Of a stretch of 64,000 nt of DNA, positions 31,818-42,804 are shown one piece after another; within the stretch, counting starts at the first letter, position 1, and every line of letters begins with the position of its first letter. Below the pieces are notes generated by a model, which made no database searches, was not told the DNA's origin, and saw only the letters and a list, made by a program, of their open reading frames with translations. The stretch is from Nitrosopumilus sp. (GTDB taxonomy: Archaea > Thermoproteota > Nitrososphaeria > Nitrososphaerales > Nitrosopumilaceae): NCBI GenBank assembly GCA_963667665.2, contig OY763927.2, forward strand, positions 640,001-704,000, given 5' to 3'. The translations under genes were made by a program, and so were the position numbers.

Positions 31818-32815
31818 AACCTGTAATAATTATCGCAACAGTATTTGTTTTGATAATTTTTACTCCAACAATAGCAAATGGGGATGAATATGTAGAAAAA
31901 TGGAAACGGTATGTTGAATCATATAAAGAATTTATGGAAATCTACAAAACATGGGCTCACGATACAATAAATTATTACAAATCACAATTACTTGAATCTA
32001 ATAAAAGTCTAGAAATATTGAAGGATGAAAACAGAGGACTGAAACAGGATAACAAAGAACTGAAAAATCAAGTCAAAGGGTTAAGAGAATCATATGAAAA
32101 TTACGTTGAAGAGGTTAAAACCTATGTCGAAGGTGTTGAATTATACAACAAAGCAATTGATGACTATCAACAAAAAATTGATGATTATCAACAAGAAATA
32201 GATAAACAAAGTAAAGTTCCCCAAACAACAATAACCAAAGAAGAAGTAAAGCTCAAATTGTTTGATTCAAAGGGAAACCAGTACAATTGGGTTGTTCCAA
32301 TTGAAACATACGAAACTTATGTTCAATACTCCTATGTTCCCACACAAGTAATCAAATACCCTGACGGCAGAACTCAAAAGGTTGGAGAATTTTCAAGTTT
32401 TGTTAAGGGAAGTTTTACCAAAGTAATTGATGAAATCTATGACAACTCTTCAAGCGAGGGCAATTTTATCTATGAAGTGTGGTTTATCACTTCTCAGATT
32501 ACAATTTATTCCACAGACATTAGAGAAGACCCAAGGTTTGCAGTAGAGACGTTGGTAAGAGGTGGTGGAGACTGTGAGGACACAGTCATACTAATTGCAG
32601 ATATGATCAGATCATCATCTTACACTAAAGACTGGAAAATGAATATGCTTTACTTTGATTCAGACAATCCAACAAATCCTAAACAAGTCAATCATGTATC
32701 TTTGGAAGTAAAAACTCCAGATAGTTCCTATGTTCTTGAGACAACTGCAAAAACAGTAGAAGGTCTTAATTCATGGAATGGTGTTGGAATTTTTGGATGG
32801 CGTACATCTGTTTAG
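31814..32815 (+). CDS. secreted coiled-coil transglutaminase-like cysteine protease
   Basis: Signal peptide, coiled coil, GGGDCED / NHV / LETT triad pattern. Confidence 0.75.
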   Translation: MKPVIIIATVFVLIIFTPTIANGDEYVEKWKRYVESYKEFMEIYKTWAHDTINYYKSQLLESNKSLEILKDENRGLKQDNKELKNQVKGLRESYENYVEEVKTYVEGVELYNKAIDDYQQKIDDYQQEIDKQSKVPQTTITKEEVKLKLFDSKGNQYNWVVPIETYETYVQYSYVPTQVIKYPDGRTQKVGEFSSFVKGSFTKVIDEIYDNSSSEGNFIYEVWFITSQITIYSTDIREDPRFAVETLVRGGGDCEDTVILIADMIRSSSYTKDWKMNMLYFDSDNPTNPKQVNHVSLEVKTPDSSYVLETTAKTVEGLNSWNGVGIFGWRTSV

Positions 32816-32847
32816 CCTAAAATGTTTGCGGGGTTAATCATTTTCAA

Positions 32848-32886
32848 AAATAAATGTGGTATTTGCCCATTTACTTAGATTAGTTT
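32848..32886 (+). repeat. internal att-like site
   Basis: AAATAAATGTG-GTATTTG-CCCATTTACTT-AGATTAGTTT; 20/21 match to 15995-16015. Confidence 0.75.
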
Positions 32887-33103
32887 ACACATCAACATTC
32901 AAGGTAGACAGCCAGCAATCGTGTGGCGGTCTATCTTTGATATCGACTTTGATATATTCTTCATGGAATCGAGGTTTTGTTTTTGTATTCTTTTTGAACT
33001 CTTCTTTTTTTACTGCCAATTTTAAATTCATAATCGTCCTTTCTTCATTTAACATCTTTTTTGATCTTTGTTCTGGTGTTCGTATCTTTGATCTACCTAT
33101 CAT
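32885..33103 (-). CDS. small basic protein (72 aa) between two att-like sites
   Basis: GGAG SD-like motif before ATG 33103; stop codon overlaps the att core. Confidence 0.55.
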   Translation of the reverse strand: MIGRSKIRTPEQRSKKMLNEERTIMNLKLAVKKEEFKKNTKTKPRFHEEYIKVDIKDRPPHDCWLSTLNVDV

Positions 33104-33167
33104 TATATCTCCTAATACAACAAAATACAACTTAAGACCATGTCTGTCATCGATATTACAAATTTTA

Positions 33168-33205
33168 AAATAAATTGGGCATTTGCACATTTATTTAGAT
33201 TAGTT
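33168..33205 (+). repeat. putative attR
   Basis: AAATAAATTGG-GCATTTG-CACATTTATTT-AGATTAGTT. Confidence 0.75.
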
Positions 33206-33218
33206 CTTAAATCTAATT

Positions 33219-33518
33219 ATGGGGTTTTTATCTAATTTCCGAAAAGATGTACAATCTGCAAAGATAAACAAAGCTGCCCAGATTAACGGTAAAAACCTCA
33301 AAGAATTATTAAAAAAATTCTCAGAAGATCGGGATAAAATTGAAAAAGATACAGGTGTTAGACCACAAATTGATGAAAGTACTCAACTGTTTATGCAAAA
33401 AATTCTAAATGTGTGGATTTCAGAAGGAAAAGAGATTGACGAAGAAAAATTCTGGAATGAGGTTGATTCTAACAGACAGTTTACTCATACAGTTGAATAT
33501 TATGAGATTAAACGATAG
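33219..33518 (+). CDS. hypothetical protein (probable core gene originally divergent from gap)
   Basis: 99-aa ORF, core-like composition, 13 bp after attR. Confidence 0.65.
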   Translation: MGFLSNFRKDVQSAKINKAAQINGKNLKELLKKFSEDRDKIEKDTGVRPQIDESTQLFMQKILNVWISEGKEIDEEKFWNEVDSNRQFTHTVEYYEIKR

Positions 33519-33650
33519 AACTAAAACAAATGTCAAATTAAACCAAATTTGTTAATTTAGTTTCATTTTACTCAAAAAAATAGACTGGAAAGAAAATTTT
33601 GATGACGAACTCACATATAATCACAAAATAGGTATTATCAATTATAAAAA

Positions 33651-35532
33651 TTGGACAAGAATTTCCTGATTAGTAAATTAGCAGATGCCATAGAACAATC
33701 TAAAGGAGATCAAGGGCGAAATCAGTACATTCTAAAAAGAATCAAAGTAGACAAAGAGTTCATTAATTCAGATAAATTATATCTTGAAGAATTTTAGGGC
33801 TAAAAATTTCAGAAATTACAGATCAAACAGTTATTTCACATCAACAAATTCTAAAAAAAGATAAATCAGTTTTTCTAAATCCCAACCTAATAAAATGTGC
33901 TACATGTAATAACGAAATAAAATTAGATGAAAAATCTACTAGAATTCAGAGTTTGTGGCATCATGATACATGTCAGAACCCACTTTCTGGGAACAAGCAG
34001 GAATTTGAAAAAAGAGAGTTTCAAAATAATAAAAATACAATAAATAACCAAATTTCAAAAACCACAAAAAGTTCTTTGAACGTAAATCACGATCCAATAG
34101 TAATTTTGATTGCACTTGGAATTATTGTGTTCATTTTTGTAACTCCTTTCTATTTTATCTCAGGGTTTAGTGCAGGTGCAATGATAATAGGAGGAAGTTT
34201 GGTACTGTATCAAATTTTAGATGCAAGAAGATGGTCAGGAGTAGACTTAGAACACGAAAACATGCTCCGGGTATTTTTTCAATACTACTTTTAGTTCTCC
34301 CATTTGCACTTGGAGGAATACTTGCATTTGAAGGATATACACTCTGGGAATCCATATATCGTTCAATCATATTGTGGGGATTTACAATTACATTTTGGAG
34401 TATTATGTTAATGGTTCCATTGGCATTGTATAGTAAAAATAAAGAAGACCCAATGAAACCAGCACAAAGATTTCCATTAGTTAGTATCTTAATTCCTGCA
34501 TACAATGAAGAAAAAGTTATTGCAAAAACAATTGAAAGTGTATTAGAAATAGATTATCCAAAAAAAGAAATCATCATTATTGATGATGGAAGCACAGATA
34601 AGACTTTGTTGATTGCAAAAAAATTTCAAAGAGACAATGTAAAAATTCTACATAAAGAAAATAGCGGTAAGGCTACTGCACTTAACTATGGAATAAATTT
34701 TGCAAAAGGCGAAATTTTAACAATTTTAGATGCAGATACTATTGCTGGTAAAAATTCATTAAAAGAGATTGTAAAAGTTTTTGAAAGCTCTTCCGATATT
34801 GGCGGGGTAGCTGGTAATGTCAAAGTTAGAAATAAAACAAATTGGCTTACATGGTGTCAGGCATTAGAATATGTTTCAGGATTACAAATTGCTAGAAGAG
34901 CATTTGATATGTTTGGTGCAATCACAATAGTTCCAGGAGCTATGGGGGCATTCAAAGCAAATATTCTCAAAGATGCAGGTGGATACGATAAAGATACCAT
35001 TGTAGAAGATTTTGATGCAACAATTAAAGTTCTTAAATCTGGAAAGATAATCAGAGGAACCACAAAATCATTGGCATATACAGAAGCTCCAGAAAAAATA
35101 GTCCAATTTGTTAAACAGAGAAACCGATGGTATAGAGGAAATCTTCAAGTAGTTTTTAAACACAAAGATGCCATAACCAATCCTCGTTTTGGGTTTTTAC
35201 AAAAAATTGCACTACCTTACATGATTTTATCAATGATGGTGCTACCTATTAGCGGATTTTTTATGTTAGGCGCTTTGATTTTATCGATTATTGAAGGAGA
35301 CATATTTTTTGTCTTAAGCTCCATGTCATTTTTTATAATTTTGCAATACATGCTGGTGAGTTTGGCAGTTAGAATAAAGAGAGAAGACCCAAAATTGATT
35401 CTCTATTCAATTTTCCTTATGTTTGGATTTAAACAAATTCAAGATGCTTTACTAATAAGACAGTTGTTTGAACAATTATTGAGAAGAAAAGCAAAATGGA
35501 CAAGTGTAACAAGGAAGGGATTTAATGAATAG
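33651..35532 (+). pseudogene. processive GT2 glycosyltransferase (PgaC/IcaA-like); N-terminal part frameshifted twice, catalytic ORF 34231-35532 open
   Basis: IPAYNEE, DDGS, DAD, VED, QRNRW; upstream frames from TTG 33651 shift near 33790 and 34250. Confidence 0.75.
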
Positions 35533-37651
35533 TAGAACAACATCACTGAATAAATTAATTTATCTGCTATCTATTGTAGTATTATTCACATTAGTTTTCC
35601 AAAATGTTCTAATGTCTTTTGCAGAAGATACAGGAAACATTAATGTAGAATTAAAATATGAAAATGGAGACAGAGTTAGTACTTGACAAACAACACTGAA
35701 AATTTTCCAAGATAACAATGATGAACTGTTAAGAGTAATAGAGTTTCCTGAATCAAATCCTTATGAAATTAAATCATTGCCACTAGGTCACAAATACACA
35801 ATTGAAGTTTTTGTAAATGATATGTATGCGGAAGAAAGTTTCTTATTTTTGAACGAGTCAGAAGCAGAATTACAAATTTCTATTCCTCTTCAAGCAGGAA
35901 TGCAGTTTATTGTATACTATAATGATGGAAGTACCCCAATTGAGGGGGCCAAAGTGTCTATAAAATCAGATGAAAACAAAGAGTGGGCAACAGGAGACAC
36001 TGATTCTGAAGGAAAAACCATTAGATTTTGGTTGCAACCAAATATCATAGTAAATGATGATTACTATATTGCAGAGATTTCACTAGCAGAAGGATTAGAT
36101 TATGTAGAACAACCAATCAATCTATTTCCTAAAGTAATAGGGGACATTGAAATTATAACACCGTGGACAGACAATATTGAAAATCTTATTAAGATTAATG
36201 TGTACAAAGACAGTTCACAAAAAGTGTTAAAAGCAGATGGGGTATTTCTTGTAGAACTATACGATTCAAAAAATAACAAAATATTGGAATCTACTGTAAA
36301 CGCTAGAGGGGAAGTATATTTTTCAAATATTGCTGTAGACAAATACTCAATTGTTGTCATCAAGGTTGCCAGTGAAGAAAATGAAATGTGGGCAACAAAA
36401 GACACTGTGATCACAGGTGATGAAGAATCCATTTCAGTCTTCAAAGAGGGAACCAAAGTAACAAAAGAAATCATTACTTGTAATTGTGTAGCATTTAGAC
36501 TAGATGATGTTCAAGACTACTACCTTCGTGGACCTCAAGTAGATATTATAGAGTTATTCCAACAAAAAAATGCTGATCTTACTATTGGAATAATTGGAAG
36601 TGTTTTTGGAACAGATCCTCTATTAGTTAATTACATTGAACGAGGGTTGGCAAATGAGTTTTCCACACTTGAAATTGCCAGTCATAGTTACAGTAATGCA
36701 AAGTTAACAGCTTTAGGAAAAACTGAACAAAAAACATTGTTAGAAAAAACAAACGAAGTATTACAGAATACTTTAGGAATTACACCAAAAACATTCATTC
36801 CTCCTCTAAACTTGTTTGATGATAATACCTTAGAGATTGCTGCTGAATTAGGATTTACACATATTACCGGCCATATTGATGAAAATCATTCTCCACCATA
36901 TCTTGGAGTAGACTCTGAAATTTTGTACTTTCCTGCAAATACTCAGACTGCAAAGCTAAATCCAGATGGAGTTACATGGAATAAACAAGAACGTTCTTTG
37001 ATTTTAGAAGAAATTAAGGAGTTTATAGATGAAAATGGGTTTGCAGTAGTTATGATGCATCCATATGAGTTCACGATTGAGGAATTAGGAGCATATACGA
37101 CTGAAACAGACCAAGATATGATAGATAGAGTTGGGAAATTAATTGATGAGATAAATGAGTCAGGTATTGAAATTGTCACAATAAGTGAGATTAATGAGAA
37201 AATTATACAGCCAGGTCAAGAACCTATTGAAAAAGAAGAATTAGGTGATGAGAAAATATTCAAGAGGAGGTAGTTACTGAAAAGAATCAGGACATTTCAA
37301 TTTTAGTTCAATACACACAAAGAATTTATGATAAGGACTTTGTACAGATAGATGTTAAAATTTATGATACAGAACAATAGATTAAATGATTTTTATCTAA
37401 ATCAAGGATTTGTTCCAAATACCAATATTGAAATTTTAGTTGTAGATGAAGATAATCAAGAATTTTATTCTACATCTGGAATTACTAACGATAAAGGATT
37501 ACTTGAAATTGAATTTTATATCCCTGAAAATTCAAAAAGAGAAACACTAACTGTTACTATAAATGCAGAGAATGAAAATTCAAAATCATCAAAAATATTA
37601 CAAATATTTAGTTTAGGTAGAGAACCAAGTGGAGGATCATCTTCTCCATAG
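35525..37651 (+). pseudogene. secreted polysaccharide deacetylase (NodB-like) multidomain protein, disrupted
   Basis: Signal peptide from ATG 35525; in-frame TGA 35684-35686; FRLDD, EIASHSY, FIPP, VMMHP motifs; further breaks near 37270 and 37378. Confidence 0.78.
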
Positions 37652-37689
37652 CACAAAGAACTAAATGCATTAAAAATATTTAATGTTCA

Positions 37690-38403
37690 TTGATTCATGG
37701 TCCATCTTTAGCCATTGGTGCTACAATTGCATCAATAGTGATAATTGTAATATTTTTAGGGTTTAATGGAATGTCAAATGAAGTAGAACTTGTAATAGAA
37801 CCTACTCCAACCATTCAGGAAATAGGACCTCCAAAAATTTCTATGGACACATTTTTAGAAAATGGCTCTCCAATACTAGGGAATACTGAGGCTCCAGTTA
37901 CATTAGTTGAATTTGGAGACTATCAATGTCATTTCTGCAATGTTTTCTTTCATTCAACAGAAGATGATATTTTGAAAAATTATGTAGAAACAGGAAAAGT
38001 TAGAATGATTTTTAAAGACTATAATATTATTGGACCTGATTCTGTAAGAGCATCACACGGTGCACATTGTGCAAATGATCAAGGGTTGTTTTGGGAATAT
38101 CATGATATTTTGTATTCAAACTGGACTGGAGAAAACAATGGGTGGGCATCTTCTGAGAATCTTGAAAAGTTTGCCAAAGAAATTGGTTTAGACATGGATG
38201 AATGGTCTGAATGTGTGACTAACGGGTATTATTCACAAACAATTCTTGCAAGTAATCAAGATGCAAAAAATCTGGGCATAACAGGGACACCTGCATTTTT
38301 TGTTATTGGTCCTGATGATAAAACCACCCGAATTTTTGGAGCACAACCATTTGAGGCATTTGAAAAGATTTTTGAAATAGAACTAGAAAAATTAAAAAAT
38401 TAG
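37690..38403 (+). CDS. DsbA family oxidoreductase
   Basis: EFGDYQCHFC, GITGTPAF, GAQP. Confidence 0.92.
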   Translation: MIHGPSLAIGATIASIVIIVIFLGFNGMSNEVELVIEPTPTIQEIGPPKISMDTFLENGSPILGNTEAPVTLVEFGDYQCHFCNVFFHSTEDDILKNYVETGKVRMIFKDYNIIGPDSVRASHGAHCANDQGLFWEYHDILYSNWTGENNGWASSENLEKFAKEIGLDMDEWSECVTNGYYSQTILASNQDAKNLGITGTPAFFVIGPDDKTTRIFGAQPFEAFEKIFEIELEKLKN

Positions 38404-38506
38404 CGATCAAATTAGAAAAAAAGATGTACAAAAATACTAAAACTTCCTTCCTAGCTAGTTAGAATTTACTCAATATCCTTATTAGTGAACCATCAAACCG
38501 AAGCTC

Positions 38507-39901
38507 ATGGTAGCTGGAATAGATGATATTGCAATATACATCCCTAGATTGTATGTTGATGCAATTGATTTTGCAAAAGCTAGAGGTTTAGATCTAGTAA
38601 AATTACAAAAGGGTCTAGGAGTTTCTCAAATGGCAATAGTTGATGCTAATCAAGATCCAGCATGTCTTGCAGCAAATGCATGTTTAAGAATTATGCAAAA
38701 AAATAAACTATCTCCAGAAGATATTGGTAGATTATACGTTTCAACTGAATCTGCATTTGACGAATCAAAGGCAATGAACTCGTATGTTATAGGAATGCTT
38801 GAGCAAGTTTATGGTCAAGGTGCATTTGAACACTGTGGAGGTATTGAAACCAAATTTGCTTGTGTAAGTGGTTCATATGCTCTTTATGACAATACAAACT
38901 GGATTAGAGCTGATGAAGCAGACGGAAAGTCTGCATTAGTTGTGGTATCTGATATTGCAAAATACGATATGGGCTCTAGTGGAGAAATGACTCAAGGAGC
39001 AGGAGCAGTAGTAATGCTTCTTAATGACAATCCAAGATTAATGGTCTTTGATCCTAAAGTTACATCCACTTCAATTAAAGATGAATATGATTTTTACAGA
39101 CCTTTTGGAAAAGAGACACCAATAGTCCATGGTCAGTATTCTAATTTACTTTACATGATTCAAGTAAGAAAAGCACTTGATGCCTATAAGAAAAAAGCAG
39201 TCTCAACAGGACTAATCAAAATAGAACCTGGAGAAACAATTTTAGATCATATGGATTACATCAACATGCACTTGCCATATAGTAACATGGGCAAAAAGGC
39301 CTTAGCATATATGGTCAGACATGAATGGCGTCAACTTCCACGATGGGAGACAATTTTGCAGGAAATAGGATTAGATGAACCAGTTCCACAAGATCCACGT
39401 GGGACAATTGAATCAGTGTTAAGTGATGAAGAATTTATGGCAAAAGACCATGAATTTACCAAATTGTTTTCAAAAACTCCTGAATTCCAAGAAGTGTATG
39501 AATCAAAACTTGCAAGTTCACTTATTGCATCTACTATGATTGGAAATCTGTATACAGCATCACTGTACTTGGGATTTAGAAGTAGTTTAGAATATGAATA
39601 TCAAAAAGGAATTGATTTGGAAGGAAAAAGAGTTGGATTTGGATCATACGGTAGTGGGGCTAGTGCAATGGTATTCAGTGGAGTTATTCAGCCAGAATAT
39701 GAAGAAATTGTAAAGAACATGAACTTGGAAGCAGAGATAGGAAATAGAAAAAGGCTAACATGGGAAGAATACGAAAACTTGCATGAAAATAAAATAGAGA
39801 TCGATGAATCTATGGTGCATACAAAAAAAGAATTTGTCTTAGTGGATGTAAAAACTGAAACAGAATCTAAAGGTGAAAGACGTTACATCTATAATGAATA
39901 A
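38507..39901 (+). CDS. hmgS: hydroxymethylglutaryl-CoA synthase
   Basis: STES, KFACVSG, TQGAGAV, HLPY, GNLYTASL, SYGSG. Confidence 0.92.
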   Translation: MVAGIDDIAIYIPRLYVDAIDFAKARGLDLVKLQKGLGVSQMAIVDANQDPACLAANACLRIMQKNKLSPEDIGRLYVSTESAFDESKAMNSYVIGMLEQVYGQGAFEHCGGIETKFACVSGSYALYDNTNWIRADEADGKSALVVVSDIAKYDMGSSGEMTQGAGAVVMLLNDNPRLMVFDPKVTSTSIKDEYDFYRPFGKETPIVHGQYSNLLYMIQVRKALDAYKKKAVSTGLIKIEPGETILDHMDYINMHLPYSNMGKKALAYMVRHEWRQLPRWETILQEIGLDEPVPQDPRGTIESVLSDEEFMAKDHEFTKLFSKTPEFQEVYESKLASSLIASTMIGNLYTASLYLGFRSSLEYEYQKGIDLEGKRVGFGSYGSGASAMVFSGVIQPEYEEIVKNMNLEAEIGNRKRLTWEEYENLHENKIEIDESMVHTKKEFVLVDVKTETESKGERRYIYNE

Positions 39902-40104
39902 TATATCTAAAAATTAATTTTAATAATAAAATCACTATGCAGTTGTAAAATGATTTATTGCATATACAACAATTCCTATGCCAAGAAGGCCATAACAAAT
40001 GTTAGCAATATTTTGAGGTTTCATGATTAGAATATCAATAATCAAGTATATCTTCTTTCAGGTATATTAATTATTCATATTAGGAGAATAATTATTACAA
40101 AATA

Positions 40105-40656
40105 ATGCAAGAAGAACCAAATCCAGTCAAAGAATATCTCTTTGATTATTTATCAAAATCAGAAGAGAAAATTGAAAAATTAATCTCTGAGGAAAAATTC
40201 TCAGAAATAATTGATAATGTTATAGAAAATTGTTATGATAAAATTATCACATTGGGAGGAAAAGATGAAAGTGTAGGGGTTTTAGCAACAGGATTGCTAC
40301 ATTATTTACTAACTAATGCTCTAATTAACAGTCAAAGAAAAGTAGAGTATAAGGAAATAGAGATAGATATTGTAATTCCAGATATTAAAACACTAGAAAA
40401 AGATCCCAAAAAGACATTGTTAATTTGTATTCCAAAATCATCAAACAAGAACATCATTGAAGAGAAAATTTCTCAGTTAGAGAAAATACAACCTGAAAGA
40501 GAGAATGTTTGGGTAGTCTTATCAGAAAATGTTTCTATAAATCAAAAATATTTTGTACTAACTAAAGAAAATAATTCTTTTTCAAAAATTATCTTTGAGA
40601 TTGCTCAATTTAGTGATGTTCACGGCACAAATAAATTCAAAATTTTACGAATCTAA
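40105..40656 (+). CDS. hypothetical protein
   Basis: 183-aa ORF, IDIVIP motif. Confidence 0.65.
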   Translation: MQEEPNPVKEYLFDYLSKSEEKIEKLISEEKFSEIIDNVIENCYDKIITLGGKDESVGVLATGLLHYLLTNALINSQRKVEYKEIEIDIVIPDIKTLEKDPKKTLLICIPKSSNKNIIEEKISQLEKIQPERENVWVVLSENVSINQKYFVLTKENNSFSKIIFEIAQFSDVHGTNKFKILRI

Positions 40657-40657
40657 G

Positions 40658-41341
40658 TTATTTTAATAATAATTTTAAATCAATATTCTTTTTGAAAATA
40701 CGATATAACGATGCATTACTCATGTCTTTAATGAATGGAATTGAGCCTAAAACTTTGACTCCAGTGAGATTTTGCAGGTCTCGTGTTAATTCTTTTACAG
40801 GATACCCCGCATCAAAATTATTAATAATAATTCCTTTAACTGGAATTTTATATTTTTCACACATTTTACAAGTCATGATAGTGTGATTAACTGTTCCAAC
40901 TTTACTTCTCGTTACAATTACTGTAGGAATTTTCATTTCTTTGATTAGATTTGTAACGTAATAATCTTTAAGAATCGGAGTCATAATTCCACCCATACCT
41001 TCAACAAGAATCATGTCATGAAGTTTTGTGAGTTTTTTGAAACTAGATAATATTGTAGATATTTTTGGTTTTGTTTTTAGATTTTTCCAAGCAGTGTAAG
41101 GAGATGCAGGGATTGGAAAAAATTGTGGGTTTACTAAATTTTCAGGATCACATGCTTGTGCGGCCCTAGATATAATTACAATATCTTCAGATTTGTATCC
41201 TTTTTTCTGAGCTCTTCCAGCTGCAAAAGGTTTCATTACACCTACATCAATTCCCATCTTACGAAATGTTACACCCAGACCTGCAGTGATGTAGGTTTTT
41301 CCAACATCAGTATCTGTTCCAGTAATAAAGAGGGATTTCAA
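40658..41341 (-). CDS. bioD: dethiobiotin synthase
   Basis: ITGTDTDVGKT, VEGMGG, GTVNHT. Confidence 0.95.
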   Translation of the reverse strand: MKSLFITGTDTDVGKTYITAGLGVTFRKMGIDVGVMKPFAAGRAQKKGYKSEDIVIISRAAQACDPENLVNPQFFPIPASPYTAWKNLKTKPKISTILSSFKKLTKLHDMILVEGMGGIMTPILKDYYVTNLIKEMKIPTVIVTRSKVGTVNHTIMTCKMCEKYKIPVKGIIINNFDAGYPVKELTRDLQNLTGVKVLGSIPFIKDMSNASLYRIFKKNIDLKLLLK

Positions 41342-41415
41342 CAGATTAGATTCTGAATATTTGGTTGATTAACTTTATCGTTTAATTATAAAGATCTGCA
41401 ATCTTACAAAATCAG

Positions 41416-42732
41416 TTGAAAAGTTCTATTTGGCACCCAAACACTCAGATGAAAGAATGGGATTCCTTTGATACAATCACCAAAGGTAAAGGAATGTGGT
41501 TAATTGATTCTAAAGGCAACAAAATGCTTGACGGAGTTGCATCAATGTGGTGCAATGTTTGGGGGCATTCTAATCCAGAATTAGTTAAAGCCATTACAAA
41601 TCAGAGCAAAAAACTGCAACATTCCACCTTGTTTAATCTTACAAATGAGCCTGCAGAAAAGCTTGCAGATAATCTAGTAAAAATTTCTCCTGGAATGTAC
41701 AAGGTATTCTATTCAGATAATGGGTCTACAGCAATGGAGATTGCTATCAAACTAGCATTACAATATTGGAAAAATATTGGAAACAAAAAGAAAACAGAGA
41801 TTGCCACACTAAAAAATGGATATCATGGGGATACATTTGGAGCAATGTCAGTAGGATTTGTACCAGAATTTTTTGGTAAATTTAAAAAACAATTATTTTC
41901 AACAATACAATTTACAGTTCCTAACAAATACAGAATACCTAAAGAATTTACTTTTTTAGATTATCAAAACTATTGTTTAGAAAAGATTGAAAAAAGATTC
42001 ACTAAAAATAGTAACATTGCAGCTTTTGTTATGGAAAGTGGTGCACAAGTAGCAGGAGGCGTTATGATTTATCCAAAAGGATTTCAAAAAAAGATCAGTC
42101 ATCTTTGTAAAAAATATAATGTGTTATTTGTTTTAGATGAAATTGCAACAGGTTTTGGAAGATTAGGATCCATGATACAGTATGAAGAACAAAAAAGCAT
42201 CCCAGATATTGTTGCGTATGGAAAAATGTTAACTGGTGGATATCTAACAATGGCTGCAACATTAACAAACAAAAAAATTTATGATTCATATTTAGGAGAA
42301 TTTAATGATTGGAAACACCTCTTTCATGGTCACACTTACACAGGAAATCCAATTGCAGCAGCTGTTGCAAATGAAAATCTCAAAATGTATAAAAAAAATA
42401 ATTTGATCAAAAAGATTCAAAAAACATCAAAAATCTTTGAAAAATTCTATCAAGAAATTTCAGAAATTGACATTGTAGGTGACATCAGACACAAAGGAAT
42501 GTTGATGGGAATTGAATTAGTGACTAGTAAAAAGAAAAAAACCCCAATTCATCCCAAAAAATCAATCAATAAGATATTTTTTGAAGAGGGTAAAAAACAA
42601 GGAATCTTTCTTAGAACCCTAGGAAACATAGTCATGCTTGTTCCTCCACTAGCAATTTCAGAAAAAGAACTTGATTTACTCCTAAACAGAACAGTGAAAA
42701 CAATCAAAGCAGCAAAATCAAAAGTGATTTGA
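41416..42732 (+). CDS. bioA: adenosylmethionine-8-amino-7-oxononanoate transaminase
   Basis: IWHPNTQ, DNGSTA, YHGDT, DEIATGFGR, FHGHTYTGNP. Confidence 0.95.
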   Translation: MKSSIWHPNTQMKEWDSFDTITKGKGMWLIDSKGNKMLDGVASMWCNVWGHSNPELVKAITNQSKKLQHSTLFNLTNEPAEKLADNLVKISPGMYKVFYSDNGSTAMEIAIKLALQYWKNIGNKKKTEIATLKNGYHGDTFGAMSVGFVPEFFGKFKKQLFSTIQFTVPNKYRIPKEFTFLDYQNYCLEKIEKRFTKNSNIAAFVMESGAQVAGGVMIYPKGFQKKISHLCKKYNVLFVLDEIATGFGRLGSMIQYEEQKSIPDIVAYGKMLTGGYLTMAATLTNKKIYDSYLGEFNDWKHLFHGHTYTGNPIAAAVANENLKMYKKNNLIKKIQKTSKIFEKFYQEISEIDIVGDIRHKGMLMGIELVTSKKKKTPIHPKKSINKIFFEEGKKQGIFLRTLGNIVMLVPPLAISEKELDLLLNRTVKTIKAAKSKVI

Positions 42733-42733
42733 C

Positions 42734-42763
42734 TGTTAACCCCCTACGCCTTCAAGGTTAACC
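42734..42763. promoter_or_regulatory. BirA-like operator upstream of bioB
   Basis: TGTTAACC-N14-GGTTAACC resembles the known BirA signal TGTtAAC-N14..16-GTTaACA. Confidence 0.55.
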
Positions 42764-42804
42764 TTTCCACTAGTGTTATTAATGAAAAATTATTGAAGTA
42801 AATT

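Larger units (their letters stand above)
15997..33205. mobile_element. integrative genomic island (~17.2 kb)
   Basis: Integrase at left edge, exact 18-bp flanking direct repeat, GC-richer patches, IS debris. Confidence 0.75.

Noticed and set aside
16059-33205. Classical integron (IntI/attC) or provirus
   Set aside because: No attC-type RYYYAAC...GTTRRRY hairpins recognised, and no capsid, terminase or replication gene recognised.
35684-35686. In-frame TGA as selenocysteine or stop-codon recoding
   Set aside because: TGA ends many intact genes here, the same gene has other lesions, and TGG-to-stop changes also occur in the 47752-48105 pseudogene.
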